Of a stretch of DNA of 64,000 nt, positions 51,183-63,207 are shown in pieces. The DNA is from Dendrobates tinctorius (Eukaryota), in assembly GCF_039654945.1 (NCBI RefSeq), contig NW_027361960.1, forward strand, positions 12,276,001 to 12,340,000. The letters are read 5' to 3'. The position numbers and the translations under genes are program-made. Numbering within the stretch: position 1 is the stretch's first letter; every line of letters begins with the position of its first letter. The notes under the pieces are model-generated. The model searched no databases and had not been told where the DNA came from. It saw only the letters and a list, made by a program, of their open reading frames with translations.

Positions 51183-52788
51183 CAGTGGGGCAAAAAAGTA
51201 TTTAGTCAGTCAGCAATAGTGCAAGTTCCACCACTTAAAAAGATGAGAGGCGTCTGTAATTTACATCATAGGTAGACCTCAACTATGGGAGACAAACTGA
51301 GAAAAAAAAATCCAGAAAATCACATTGTCTGTTTTTGTTTCAATTTATTTGCATATTATGGTGGAAAATAAGTATTTGGTCAGAAACAAGCAATCAAGAT
51401 TTCTGGCTCTCACAGACCTGTAACTTCTTCTTTAAGAGTCTCCTCTTTCCTCCACTCATTACCTGTAGTAATGGCACCTGTTTAAACTTGTTATCAGTAT
51501 AAAAAGACACCTGTGCACACCCTCAAATAGTCTGACTCCAAACTCCACTATGGTGAAGACCAAAGAGCTGTCAAAGGACACCAGAAACAAAATTGTAGCC
51601 CTGCACCAGGCTGGGAAGACTGAATCTGCAATAGCCAACCAGCTTGAAGTGAAGAAATCAACTGTGGGAGCAATAATTAGAAAATGGAAGACATACAAGA
51701 CCACTGATAATCTTCCTCGATCTGGTGCTCCACGCAAAATCCCACCCCGTGGGGTCAGAATGATCACAAGAACGGTGAGCAAAAATCCTAGAACCACGCG
51801 GGGGGACCTAGTGAATGAACTGCAGAGAGCTGGGACCAATGTAACAAGGCCTACCATAAGTAACACACTACGCCACCATGGACTCAGATCCTGCAGTGCC
51901 AGACGTGTCCCACTGCTTAAGCCTGTACATGTCCGGGCCCGTCTGAAGCTTGCTAGAGAGCATTTGGATGATCCAGAGGAGTTTTGGGAGAATGTCCTAT
52001 GGTCTGATGAAACCAAACTGGAACTATTTGGTAGAAACACAACTTGTCGTGTTTGGAGGAAAAAGAATACTGAGTTGCATCCATCAAACACCATACCTAC
52101 TGTAAAGCATGGTGGTGGAAACATCATGCTTTGGGGCTGTTTCTCTGCAAAGGGGCCAGGACGACTGATCCGGGTACATGAAAGAATGAATGGGGCCATG
52201 TATCGTGAGATTTTGAGTGCAAACCTCCTTCCATCAGCAAGGGCATTGAAGATGAAACGTGGCTGGGTCTTTCAACATGACAATGATCCAAAGCACACCG
52301 CCAGGGCAACGAAGAAGTGGCTTCGTAAGAAGCATTTCAAGGTCCTGGAGTGGCCTAGCCAGTCTCCAGATCTCAACCCTATAGAAAACCTTTGGAGGGA
52401 GTTGAAAGTCCGTGTTGCCAAGCGAAAAGCCAAAAACATCACTGCTCTAGAGGAGATCTGCATGGAGGAATGGGCCAACATACCAACAACAGTGTGTGGC
52501 AACCTTGTGAAGACTTACAGAAAACGTTTGACCTCTGTCATTGCCAACAAAGGATATATCACAAAGTATTGAGATGAAATTTTGTTTCTGACCAAATACT
52601 TATTTTCCACCATAATATGCAAATAAAATGAAAAAAAAACAGACAATGTGATTTTCTGGATTTTTTTTTCTCAGTTTGTCTCCCATAGTTGAGGTCTACC
52701 TATGATGTAAATTACAGACGCCTCTCATCTTTTTAAGTGGTGGAACTTGCACTATTGCTGACTGACTAAATACTTTTTTACCCCACTG
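51183..52788 (+). mobile_element. Full-length Tc1 transposon with about 210-bp TIRs
   Basis: TA|cagtggggcaaaaaagtattt ... aaatacttttttaccccactg|TA; long, near-identical TIRs. Confidence 0.95.
51550..52572 (+). CDS. Tc1 DD34E transposase, intact 340 aa
   Basis: Paired-like [47 protein letters not shown], ending KGYITKY; no stops. Confidence 0.96.
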   Translation: MVKTKELSKDTRNKIVALHQAGKTESAIANQLEVKKSTVGAIIRKWKTYKTTDNLPRSGAPRKIPPRGVRMITRTVSKNPRTTRGDLVNELQRAGTNVTRPTISNTLRHHGLRSCSARRVPLLKPVHVRARLKLAREHLDDPEEFWENVLWSDETKLELFGRNTTCRVWRKKNTELHPSNTIPTVKHGGGNIMLWGCFSAKGPGRLIRVHERMNGAMYREILSANLLPSARALKMKRGWVFQHDNDPKHTARATKKWLRKKHFKVLEWPSQSPDLNPIENLWRELKVRVAKRKAKNITALEEICMEEWANIPTTVCGNLVKTYRKRLTSVIANKGYITKY

Positions 52789-52800
52789 TATATATATATA

Positions 52801-54445
52801 CAGTCATATGTAAAAGTTTGGGCACCCCTATTAATGTTAACCTTTTTTCTTTTTAACAATTTTGTTTTTTGCAACAGCTATTTCAGTTTCATATATCTAA
52901 TAACTGATGGACTCAGTTATATTTCTGGATTCAAATGAGGTTTATTGTACTAACAGAAAATGTGCAATCTGCATTTAAACAAAATTTGACCGGTGCAAAA
53001 GTATGGGCACCCTTATCATTTTCTTGATTTGAACACTCCTAACTACTTTTTACTGACTTCCTGAAGCACTAAATTGGTTTTGTAACCTCATTGAGCTTTG
53101 AACTTCATAGCCAGGTGTATCAAATCATGAGAAAAGGTATTTAAGGTGGCCACTTGCAAGTAGTTCTCCTATTTGATTCTCCTATGAAGAGTGGCATCAT
53201 GGGCTCCTCAAAACAACTCTCAAATGATATGAAAACAAAGATTATTCAACATAGCTTTTCAGGGGAAGGATACAAAAAGTTGTCTCAGAGATTTAACCTG
53301 TCAGTTTCCACTGTGCGGAACATAGGAAATGGAAGAACACAGGTACAGTTCTTGTTAAGCCCAGAAGTGGCAGGCCAAGAAAAATATCAGAAAGGCAGAG
53401 AAGAAGAATGGTGAGAACAGTCAAGGACAATCCACAGACCACCTCCAAAGACCTGCAGCATCATCTTGCTGCAGATGGTGTCACTGTGCATCGGTCAACA
53501 ATACAGCGCACTTTGCACAAGGAGAAGCTGTATGGGATAGTGATGCGAAAGAAGCCGTTTCTGCAAGCACGCCACAAACAGAGTCGCCTGAGGTATGCAA
53601 AAGCACATTTGGACAAGCCAGTTACATTTTGGAAGAAGGTCCTGTGGACTGATGAAACAAAGATTGAGTTGTTTGGTCATACAAAAAGGCGTTATGCATG
53701 AAGGCTAAAAAACACAGCATTCCAAGAAAAACACTTGCTACCCACAGTAAAATTTGGTGGAGGTTCCATCATGCTTTGGGGCTGTGTGGCCAATGCCGGC
53801 ACCGGGAATCTTGTTAAAGTTGAGGGTCGCATGGATTCAACTCAGTATCAGCAGATTCTTGACAATAATGTGCAAGAATCAGTGACGAAGTTGAATTTAC
53901 GCAGGGGATGGATATTTCAGCAAGACAATGATCCAAAACACCGCTCCAAATCTACACAGGCATTCATGCAGAGGAACAATTACAATGTTCTGGAATGGCC
54001 ATCCCAGTCCCCAGACCTGAATATCATTGAACATCTGTGGGATGAGTTGAAGCGGGCTGTCCATGCTCGGCGACCATCAAACTTAACTGAACTGGAATTG
54101 TTTTGTAAGCAGGAATGGTCACACATACGTTCATCCAGGATCCAGGAACTCATTAATAGCTACAGGAAGCAACTAGAGGCTGTTATTTTTGCAAAAGGAG
54201 GATCTACAAAATATTAATGTCACTTTTATGTTGAGGTGCCCATACTTTTGCACCGGTCAAATTTTGTTAAAATGCAGATTGCACATTTTCTGTTAGTACA
54301 ATAAACCTAATTTGAATCCAGAAATATAACTGAGTCCATCAGTTATTAGATATATGAAACTGAAATAGCTGTTGCAAAAACCAAAATTGTTATAAAAAAA
54401 AAAGGTTAACATTAATAGGGGTGCCCAAACTTTTACATATGACTG
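52801..54445 (+). mobile_element. Second Tc1 family, full length
   Basis: TA|cagtcatatgtaaaagtttggg ... cccaaacttttacatatgactg|TA; about 210-bp TIRs. Confidence 0.95.
53199..54217 (+). pseudogene. Tc1 transposase pseudogene
   Basis: WTDETK, FQQDNDPKH, SPDLNIIEHLW. 4-bp deletion near 53325 (relative to 60001-60016) and TGA at 53699-53701. Confidence 0.93.
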
Positions 54446-55114
54446 TATATACACACAAGTCATTGAGATAAACATATATATATATTTATATTTCACGGAG
54501 TTCTTCATAGCAGAATAGCCGCTTATTAAATTGCTGGCTTCTATCAAATCATTCCCCAACCCGACATGAAATGACACATGGTTTACATTCAGTAAAGCAT
54601 TTCATTTCATGTTTTTTTATATGTCCTTGACTAATAAATAGATGAGGGTTTGTGTGCAAAATTTGGGAGTTGTAGTTGTTATTTTAAGGGGTTAATTCGT
54701 TGTTAAAAAAATGCGTGGACTTCCCATTGCCCTGTAGCGGTGCCTAATGGGTTAATCTTACAAAGGGTTAATGTCACCTTACAATCGAATGGTGACATTA
54801 ACCCTTTGTTAGATTAACCCACTCGCCACCACTATAGGGCAATGGGAAGCCCACGCATTTTTTAACAACGAATTAACCCCTTAAAATAACAACTACAACT
54901 CCCAAATTTTGCACACAAACCCTCATCTAATTATTAGTCAGGGACATATAAAAATGCATGAAATGAAATGCTTTACTGAATGTAAATCATGTGTCATTTC
55001 ATGTCGGGTTGGGGAATGATTTGATAGAAGCCGGCAATTTAATTAGCGGCTATTCTGCTATGAAGAAATCTGTGAAATATAAATACATATATGTTTGTCA
55101 CAATGACATGTATG

Positions 55115-55153
<39 letters not shown>

Positions 55154-56891
55154 TATATGTGTATATATCTATTCTTTCGTTTCTTTATTAAACCTGTCAG
55201 TGTGAGTTTACTGTATAGCGCACTGAATTGCCGGCTTTTCTAAAAGACACCGGGTGCGTATTTCTCGCAAGTCACATGCGTGGTTCGTGTGTAATCCGTA
55301 TTTTTTGCGCACCCATAGACTTGCATTGGCGTATTACGGGCGTAGTACGCTGACAATCGCAGCATGCTGCGATTGGCACGGACCGTAGAATACGGACGAG
55401 AAATATACGGCTGTTGGGAGCTACCCCATAGAGAATCATTTGTCCGTGTGTAATGCGTGCTTTTAACGCCTCTCACTCGTCCGTATTCCTCTCTAGTGTG
55501 ACCCCGGCCTAACGGGGACAAGGGCTGTAGTCGTGGCTAACGGTGGCTGCACTGTTGCACCCTGACCCATCGTTACATAAACACATTGTCCCTTCTGTGG
55601 TGCACTTGGTGGTCCACTTACTTGCACATCAGGGTCCACCTCGGCTGGTGCTTCTTTCCTTTAAGTACTTCGTAATGACAGGCAGAGTCCAAATCCAGTT
55701 TCAACAAGACAAGTTTACTCAGCTCATCCAGTTTAGTCACAGGAATAGCACAAGGTTCTTCACAAAGTGTCATAATTCCGTTCCCTGTACTGTTCCTCAC
55801 TTCTCCAGGAATATCGCAGAGTCGAACCGTCGCCTTCGGTACCGCAGCTTTCTGACTGGTCAGCTTAACCCACTTCAGGAGTTCCCTGTCCGTTTTGCCC
55901 TGGACATTTAGGGTTGTTTCCACGAAATTAGCCGCTACCATATTGATGCTGCCCTGTATTCCTCCACCACTGTGTAACTGTCGACCCATCGGTCCTGGAC
56001 AGCTGGGATCCCCAGCTTAAACGTTATGGGACACAACTGTCCTGTCCTGGCTCCCAGCCCCAAATAACTAACTCCAAGAAGCTCCTTAACTTACTCCTAG
56101 TTGGCCCCTCCTAACTAACTAAATCCTATTGGCCTAATCTACTTCTATTACCTATTGTGCTCCCCCTAGTGGGCTAAATCTATATCCTATGCTTTCCCTA
56201 AATCTATACAAGAATACATATATATACATATATATGGCTTGACACAATATAATGACATACACTATAAGACATATGAGGTATATCAATTGTACAGAGACAT
56301 AGGGACATGTGCAAGGCGAGCAAGGCATAAACTAGCCACCTGTACCCCCTTTCACCGTTACCTTGATATTTTTGTGCAGGTTATATACTTTGATATTAGG
56401 CAGTGGCTCTCTACTATGATGGCTAATTTCGCTATATATTGGACTGCTTAATACAGCATGTATTTGGTCTCACCTGCCTTCTGCACTGCATGGCTGCATG
56501 TTTGCCCAGTTTTTTAACCTTGTCAATCCATACCTGTTCATGTGACCAATAAAGTTATTTGCATTTATACATTTGGACTATGTGATTGTATGTTTGGTTC
56601 CTCTCCCCCCTGTTATGGTATTGTAACAATCAGTCCGCATTTGGTCCTATTCATGTGTCAGGGGTGGCCCAGTATATGTGTGTATATATTTAATAACTAC
56701 ATGTGACTATTTTCACTATTTTGGCCTTTATTTCCCTTGACATATCAATACATGTCATTTATCTATATTGCTATTAGAAGAACCCATGGCTCCTGTGTTT
56801 TGCACAAGGTTAGAGGAGGAGGCTGGGATTTCATAAAGTTGGGAAATTTGCATCACCTGGCCTTTCCTTTCCATGATAGAGAACAAGCCAT

Positions 56892-57385
56892 TGTTAGGGC
56901 CTGCGGAACGCACTTAATAATATAAAACAGGTGCTAGATGTGTTCGCAGCCCAGGGTCCACCGTGCAGAGGTGGTAAACTGCTGCTAGTAATGGAGGACG
57001 TGATATGGCGGTAAACTAAAGGAACACACGGTGTTAACTTCACCCTGTGTGTACTGAGGCGGACTCTGTTACCTCACAGAGCCACACGGCCGCCAAACAT
57101 AAATGCCATGGCCTGTTAGCAAGGCAGTGTGAACACTAGTGTATAGTCACAGGACTCTACCCCTGAGACACTGGGTCAGAGTCCCTCTAGACACACTAGT
57201 GTCGGCACCGGAACTGCAGTGCCAGGAGGAAACAATTAAATAGAAAAGCGCACTGTGTGCGCACAGCACCGCTCTGGCGAACGCCACTAACCACCCGGAC
57301 TAGGGAGGAAAGCGCTAAACTTGCCCACGGCGCCGCACAGACTATGACTGTAAGTTTCTGGGGTACGATAGTGCCCTGCAGTGGG
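56892..57385. mobile_element. Truncated LTR-like fragment related to the solo LTR at 28954
   Basis: tgttagggcctgcggaacgcact resembles tgttaggagtggcggaaggcact; gtgcagag and ctctgttacctcacagag motifs shared. Confidence 0.55.
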
Positions 57386-57394
57386 CGACACCAT

Positions 57395-58447
57395 CGGTGT
57401 CATGTGGGGTCTTTTTTTTGCAGGACGAGTTAATGTTTTTATTGGTACCATTTTCGGGCACGTGACATTTTTTGATCACTATTTATTCCGATTTTTGGGA
57501 TGCAGAATGAACAAAAAACAGCATTTCAAGAATTTCTTTTGGGGGGTGCGTTTACACCGTTCCGCGTGCGGTAAAATTGATAAAGCGGTTTTATTCTTCG
57601 GGTCAGTATGGTTACAGCGATACCTCATTTATGTCGTTTTTTATGTTTTGGCGCTTTTATGCAATGAAAACAATTTTACATAAAAAATAATTATTTTTGC
57701 ATCGCTTTTTTCTGCGAGCTATAACTTTTTATTTTTTTGCTGATGATGCTGTGTGGCAGCTCGTTTTTTGCGAGACAAGATGACGTTTTCAGCGGTACCA
57801 TGGTTATTAATATTCTTCTTTTTGATCGCGCATTATTGCACTTTTTGTTCGGCGGTATCATAATAAAGCATTATTTTTTGCTTTGTTTTTTATTTTTTAA
57901 GGGGTTTGCTAAAGGGGTTAACTAATGGGATAGTTTTATAGGGCGGGTCGTTACAGACGTGGCGATACTAAATATGTGTACTTTTATTGTTTTTTGAATG
58001 AATTTATTAGGGAATATTTTTTATTTTAATTTATTTAGCGATTTTTTCTAAATTATTTTTACACTTTTTTTTTTTAACTTTATTATACTGTCCCAGGGGG
58101 GACATCACTGTCATGTGTGAGATCGTTGATCTGACACATCACAGATCGCTGTGACAGATCAGCGATCTCACGCAGGCAGTGCAGAAGGCTTCCTCATTCT
58201 TGCGCTTTGCAGGCAGTGAGGAAGCCGGCTCCCTGCAGGACCCCGAAGGTCCCTGCCACCATATTGGGTCCGGGGACCTGCAGGGAAGGAGGCCCCCACA
58301 GCAGCGCTGCACGTCTCGCTGCTACAGGGGTCTCAGGGAAGCACGGAGGGAGCCCCCTCCCTGCCGATGCTTCCCTAAACCCCTGGTACACTGCGATCGT
58401 GCTTGATCGCAGTGTGACAGGGGTTAACGTGACCGCCCCTGACACAT
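57395..58447 (+). mobile_element. Internal/right fragment of the TTAA family
   Basis: Collinear with about 7388-8490. Confidence 0.85.
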
Positions 58448-58891
58448 GGTTCATCTACTATGAAACCCATGATGTCAACATGGAAACATCAAGAAGCATC
58501 TCATAATTTAATATAAAATATATAATTTTATTTGAACAATTTAATTACAATATACACAGAAAGGGATGCATTTAAAAAGAGGGACCTAATAAGCTGTGCC
58601 AAAACTAATATTCGGACAGTAAACCCATATGAAAAGCACACACCATCAAATATCATGAAATCTGTATAAAAGGACAAGGTTTAAACCATAATTATTTTTA
58701 CAAAATATGCATTATCAGTTTTTGGTCCAACCAATTTCCCCTAGTAACCACATGTGCCTACATAATGACAGGAACAAACCTCCAATAAATACAGGCTGTA
58801 AATAACATGCCCCAAAAAATGTGAAATAGGGGGAAACAATTTACCTGACACCAAGGGTGCTGCCCGCCGCACAGACAATGGAGTCCCTCTG

Positions 58892-58926
58892 CCCCGACGC
58901 ACGTTTTGCTTCGCTTCTTCGGGAGG
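58892..58926 (-). ncRNA. Degenerate minimal hammerhead-like motif in a pLTR (second copy 63936-63970, +)
   Basis: cctc-CCGAAGA-a-gc gaa gc-AAAA-cgtgcg-TC-gggg: type I topology with a variant core. Confidence 0.5.
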
Positions 58927-59481
58927 TGTGTCAGCGCAGGGGGCCAGCAAGGTTAAATACCATCTGTGACCAATCCATAGGAAAGATCTACCAGCGTCAT
59001 AGGTCTCATCGGCGCATGCGCTAACCAATCTCGCTCCCATATCAAAGTATTTCCAGGTGTTCCAGTCACATGTATAAACACATGCTGGAACGTCCACTCA
59101 GGCTCTCCATGCGTGCATCATCATGAAAAAAACAGAGACCCGTGAACTGGTGAGCTCATGGTCTGCGCATGCGTACTAACCAGACACTGGGAAATTACCA
59201 TTAAGGGACGGAAGGGCCGAAACAATGGACATTATGTGATCCCCAAAAGCAAAGTGCATAATAGTGCAATATATCAAATGCACAGTAAGTAAATAAAGTG
59301 CATGAAGGGAACGCGACATAAGTATTATAGGTAGTAATACGTGCTGTGTAAAATATTTATACGTTATATGATAAAAAATATATATATTATATAATAAAAA
59401 ACTTTTTACACCATATGAAAATCAAATTAATAGGTGACAAAAAATTCCAAAAATATATAATTGTATCAAAAATACTATATA

Positions 59482-61095
59482 CAGTCATATGTAAAAGTTT
59501 GGGCACCCCTATTAATGTTAACCTTTTTTCTTTATAACAATTTTGGTTTTTGCAACAGGTATTTCAGTTTCATATATCTAATAACTGATGGACTCAGTTA
59601 TATTTCTGGATTCAAATGAGGTTTATTGTACTAACAGAAAATGTGCAATCTGCATTTAAACAAAATTTGACGGGTGCAAAAGTATGGGCACCCTTATCAT
59701 TTTCTTGATTTGAACACTCCTAACTACTTTTTACTGACTTCCTGAAGCACTAAATTGGTTTTGTAACCTCATTGAGCTTTGAACTTCATAGCCAGGTGTA
59801 TCAAATCATGAGAAAAGGTATTTAAAGTGGCCACTTGCAAGCAGTTCTCCTATTTGATTCTCCTATGAAGAGTGGCATCATGGGCTCCTCAAAACAACTC
59901 TCAAATGAACTGAAAACAAAGATTATTCAACATAGCTTTTCAGGGGAAGGATACAAAAAGTTGTCTCAGAGATTTAACCAGTCAGTTTCCACTGTGAGGA
60001 ACATAGTAAGGAAATGGAAGAACACAGGTACAGTTCTTGTTAAGCCCAGAAGTGGCAGGCCAAGAAAAATATCAGAAAGGCAGAGAAGAAGAATGGTGAG
60101 AACAGTCAAGGACAATCCACAGACCACCTCCAAAGACCTGCAGCATCATCTTGCTGCAGATGGTGTCACTGTGCATCGGTCAACAATACAGCGCATGCAT
60201 AACGCCTTTTTGTATGACCAAACAACTCAATCTTTGTTTCATCAGTTCACAGGACCTTCTTCCAAAATGTAACTGGCTTGTCCAAATGTGCTTTTGCATA
60301 CCTCAGGCGACTGTTTGTGGCGTGCTTGCAGAAACGGCTTCTTTCGCATCACTCTCCTATACAGCGTCTCCTTGTGCAAAGTGCGCTGTATTGTTGACCG
60401 ATGCACAGTGACACCATCTGCAGCAAGATGATGCTGCAGGTCTTTGGAGGTGGTCTGTGGATTGTCCTTAACTGTTCTCACCATTCTTCTTCTCTGCCTT
60501 TCTGATATTTTTCTTGGCCTGCCACTTCTGGGCTTAACAAGAACTGTACCTGTGTTCTTCCATTTCCTTACTATGTTCCTCACAGTGGAAACTGACAGGT
60601 TAAATCTCTGAGACAACTTTTTGTATCCTTCCCCTGAAAAGCTATGTTGAATAATCTTTGTTTTCAGATCATTTGGGAGTTGTTTTGAGGAGCCCATGAT
60701 GCCACTCTTCATAGGAGAATCAAATAGGAGAACTGCTTGCAAGTGGCCACCTTAAATATCTTTTCTCATGATTTGATACACCTGGCTATGAAGTTCAAAG
60801 CTCAATGAGGTTACAAAACCAATTTAGTGCTTCAGGAAGTCAGCAAAAAGTAGTTAGGAGTGTTCAAATCAAGAAAATGATAAGGGTGCCCATACTTTTG
60901 CACCCGTCAAATTTTGTTTAAATGCAGATTGCACATTTTCTGTTAGTACAATAAACCTCATTTGAATCCAGAAATATAACTGAGTCCATCAGTTATTAGA
61001 TATATGAAACTGAAATACCTGTTGCAAAAACCAAAATTGTTATAAAGAAAAAAGGTTAACATTAATAGGGGTGCCCAAACTTTTACATATGACTG
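59482..61095. mobile_element. Fold-back Tc1 derivative made of two left halves in inverted orientation
   Basis: 59482 to about 60195 is the 5' part of the 52801 family on +; about 60195-61095 is its 5' part on -. TA TSD confirmed by the empty site at about 63375-63395. Confidence 0.92.
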
Positions 61096-61578
61096 TATTA
61101 AACAGTATATCAAAAAGTATACCATACATGACAATGAAATAGTGCAAAAAAGTAGCGCCAATTCAGTGCAAATTACTATGATATAAAAGACAATACATCC
61201 ATTTGTAAAATAAAAAATGGCCAGTCCATATTGCGATCATCATTTCAATACTTCATGTAGACTGTGTCCAAGGCCCTTTTCTTCCACCCATACATGGCAA
61301 AAATCTAGCAAAGACGCTTCCACAACCACCGTCACACTATTCAGGAATTAACCATGAAGATCCATACTGAAATAGAAAATTAATGCAATATACAAATTAA
61401 AAACAAATTCCAGGAATAAGAAAATTAGGGTAAAGAATAAGAAACAAAAATAAGAAACCCCCCCAACCCTAATACTAAAATAATTCTTCCCATTTATTGC
61501 TAGATGAAATTGAAAAATTAATAAAAAATGAAAAATGAAAAACAACGAAAAGAAGAGAAAGAGACAATCCTATGTATA

Positions 61579-63207
61579 TTAATCCAAAATTACTCCAAAA
61601 AAGCTCTCATTGAGGCCAAATGGTGCCACCGTGCCTAACCTATAGATCCATTGGCACTCCTTTTTAGCCAACCTCTTTCCCAAATCCCCATCCCGGAAGC
61701 CCATGTGGATCGTATCAATCCCTTTGAACCTTAAGAGTTTGGGATTGCATTGATGAAATTTCTTAAAGTGTCTTGGAACTGTTTTCAACAAGGAATCGTC
61801 CAAGACACCCCTGGCTTTCTCTATGTCTAAACAGTGCTCTCTCACCCTGATCTTAAGTTCTCTACTTGTTAACCCAATGTATATTTTGTCGCAAGGACAT
61901 ACCACATAGTAACTGACACCTTTGCTTGCACATGTTATATGGGTTCTGATGTCATAAGTTCTGGTGGCTTCCTGATTTTTAAATGTCTTACTTTTTGTCA
62001 TGTTGTTACAACCTTTACACATGCCACATGGGTAGAAACCACACTTCTCTCTACTCCGTAGGTCCTCATCACATTTTTTGGGATTATAGTGGCTATGCAC
62101 CAAAATGTCACGTAAATTTGCCAATGTTTTTTCATGACATCTCTTATTTCCTGCCATCTATTATTATACCTGGTGATAAATGTAACCTAGTTACCATCCT
62201 GAGTTTGAATATGTGGTTGTCCTTGTTGATATAGCAAATTATTCCTTGATATTTGTTTGACTCTCTGATATCCTTTAGAAATGGTTCATTTACCATACCC
62301 TCTTTCTCTTAAACGATCAGTAAGCTGTGGAGCTTCCTGTTCAATTTGTTGTTCCTCAGAGCAAATCCTCTTAATCCTCATAAATTGTCCTATTGGGATT
62401 CCTTGAATAGTACTTTGGGGATGTGCTGAGGTCGCATATAAATAGGAATTGGTTGCCGTGGATTTCCGGAATACCGATGTTGATAAATGACCAGTAGGAG
62501 AGGCTGTAATGAAAATATCAAAAAAATCAATACTTCTCCCAAACTTGTAAGATAATCTGATATTAAGATTATTGTTATTTAAGTCAGCCATTAGTTGTTC
62601 CAGGCCATTAATTGGACCTTCCCATATGAACAGAATGTCATCGATAAATCGAATCCATTTATGGATGTGTTCTGTACCTGCCACTGTCTCATCTTGAAAA
62701 ATGGCCCATTCCCATGCTCCCAAGAAAAAGGTTTGCGTACGAGGGGGCACAAGAAGCCCCCATCGCAGTCCCCTGTAGCTGCCAAAAAAATTTTTTGTTG
62801 ATGGTGAAAATATTGTGCGTAAGCACAAATTCCAACAATTACAAAATTAACTCAATCATTTCTTTATCCAAGCTACTGTGTCTCAAATATCTGGAGACCA
62901 CTCTCAGGCCATCTTCATGCCTAATGGATGAATATAAAGCCTCCACGTCTGCGGTCACCAGGACCATATCGGTGTTAAGCTGTATTTGGTCCAGATGCCC
63001 CAAAGCTGCCGTGGTGTCTTTACTGTACGAGGGCAATTCAGTGACAATGGGTTTCAAATAGAACTCAATGATATTACAAACTGTTTCACACAACCCCTCT
63101 TTTGCAGAAACAATTGTCCTCCCAGGTGGATCTAGGGCATCTTTGTGCACTTTGGGTAGTAAATAAAATGTAGCCAAACGGGGATGTGCGGATTTACTGT
63201 ATGTAGA
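61579..63207 (-). pseudogene. Penelope RT + Cys-rich linker + GIY-YIG endonuclease, frameshifted
   Basis: FYLLPKVHKD, ADVEALYSSI, RFIDDILFIW, VFRKST, CGMCKGC, YYVVCPCDKIYIGLTSRELKIRVREH, PFGLNE. Confidence 0.92.

Larger units (their letters stand above)
50903..55509. mobile_element. Harbinger-type MITE carrying two Tc1 insertions and an internal palindrome (about 54470-55100)
   Basis: Perfect 15-bp TIRs ggccggggtcacact / agtgtgaccccggcc. TAA TSD at 50900-50902 and 55510-55512. Confidence 0.9.
50898..56361 (-). mobile_element. 5' LTR of the minus-strand LTR element (about 855 bp of its own), interrupted in its terminal repeat by a MITE
   Basis: Excising 50903-55512 restores tgtaacgg, the inverse of ccgttac(c) at 56354-56361. 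PBS adjacent. Confidence 0.78.

Noticed and set aside
51459-52199. 246-aa minus-strand ORF
   Set aside because: Antisense shadow of the Tc1 transposase, with no independent motif.
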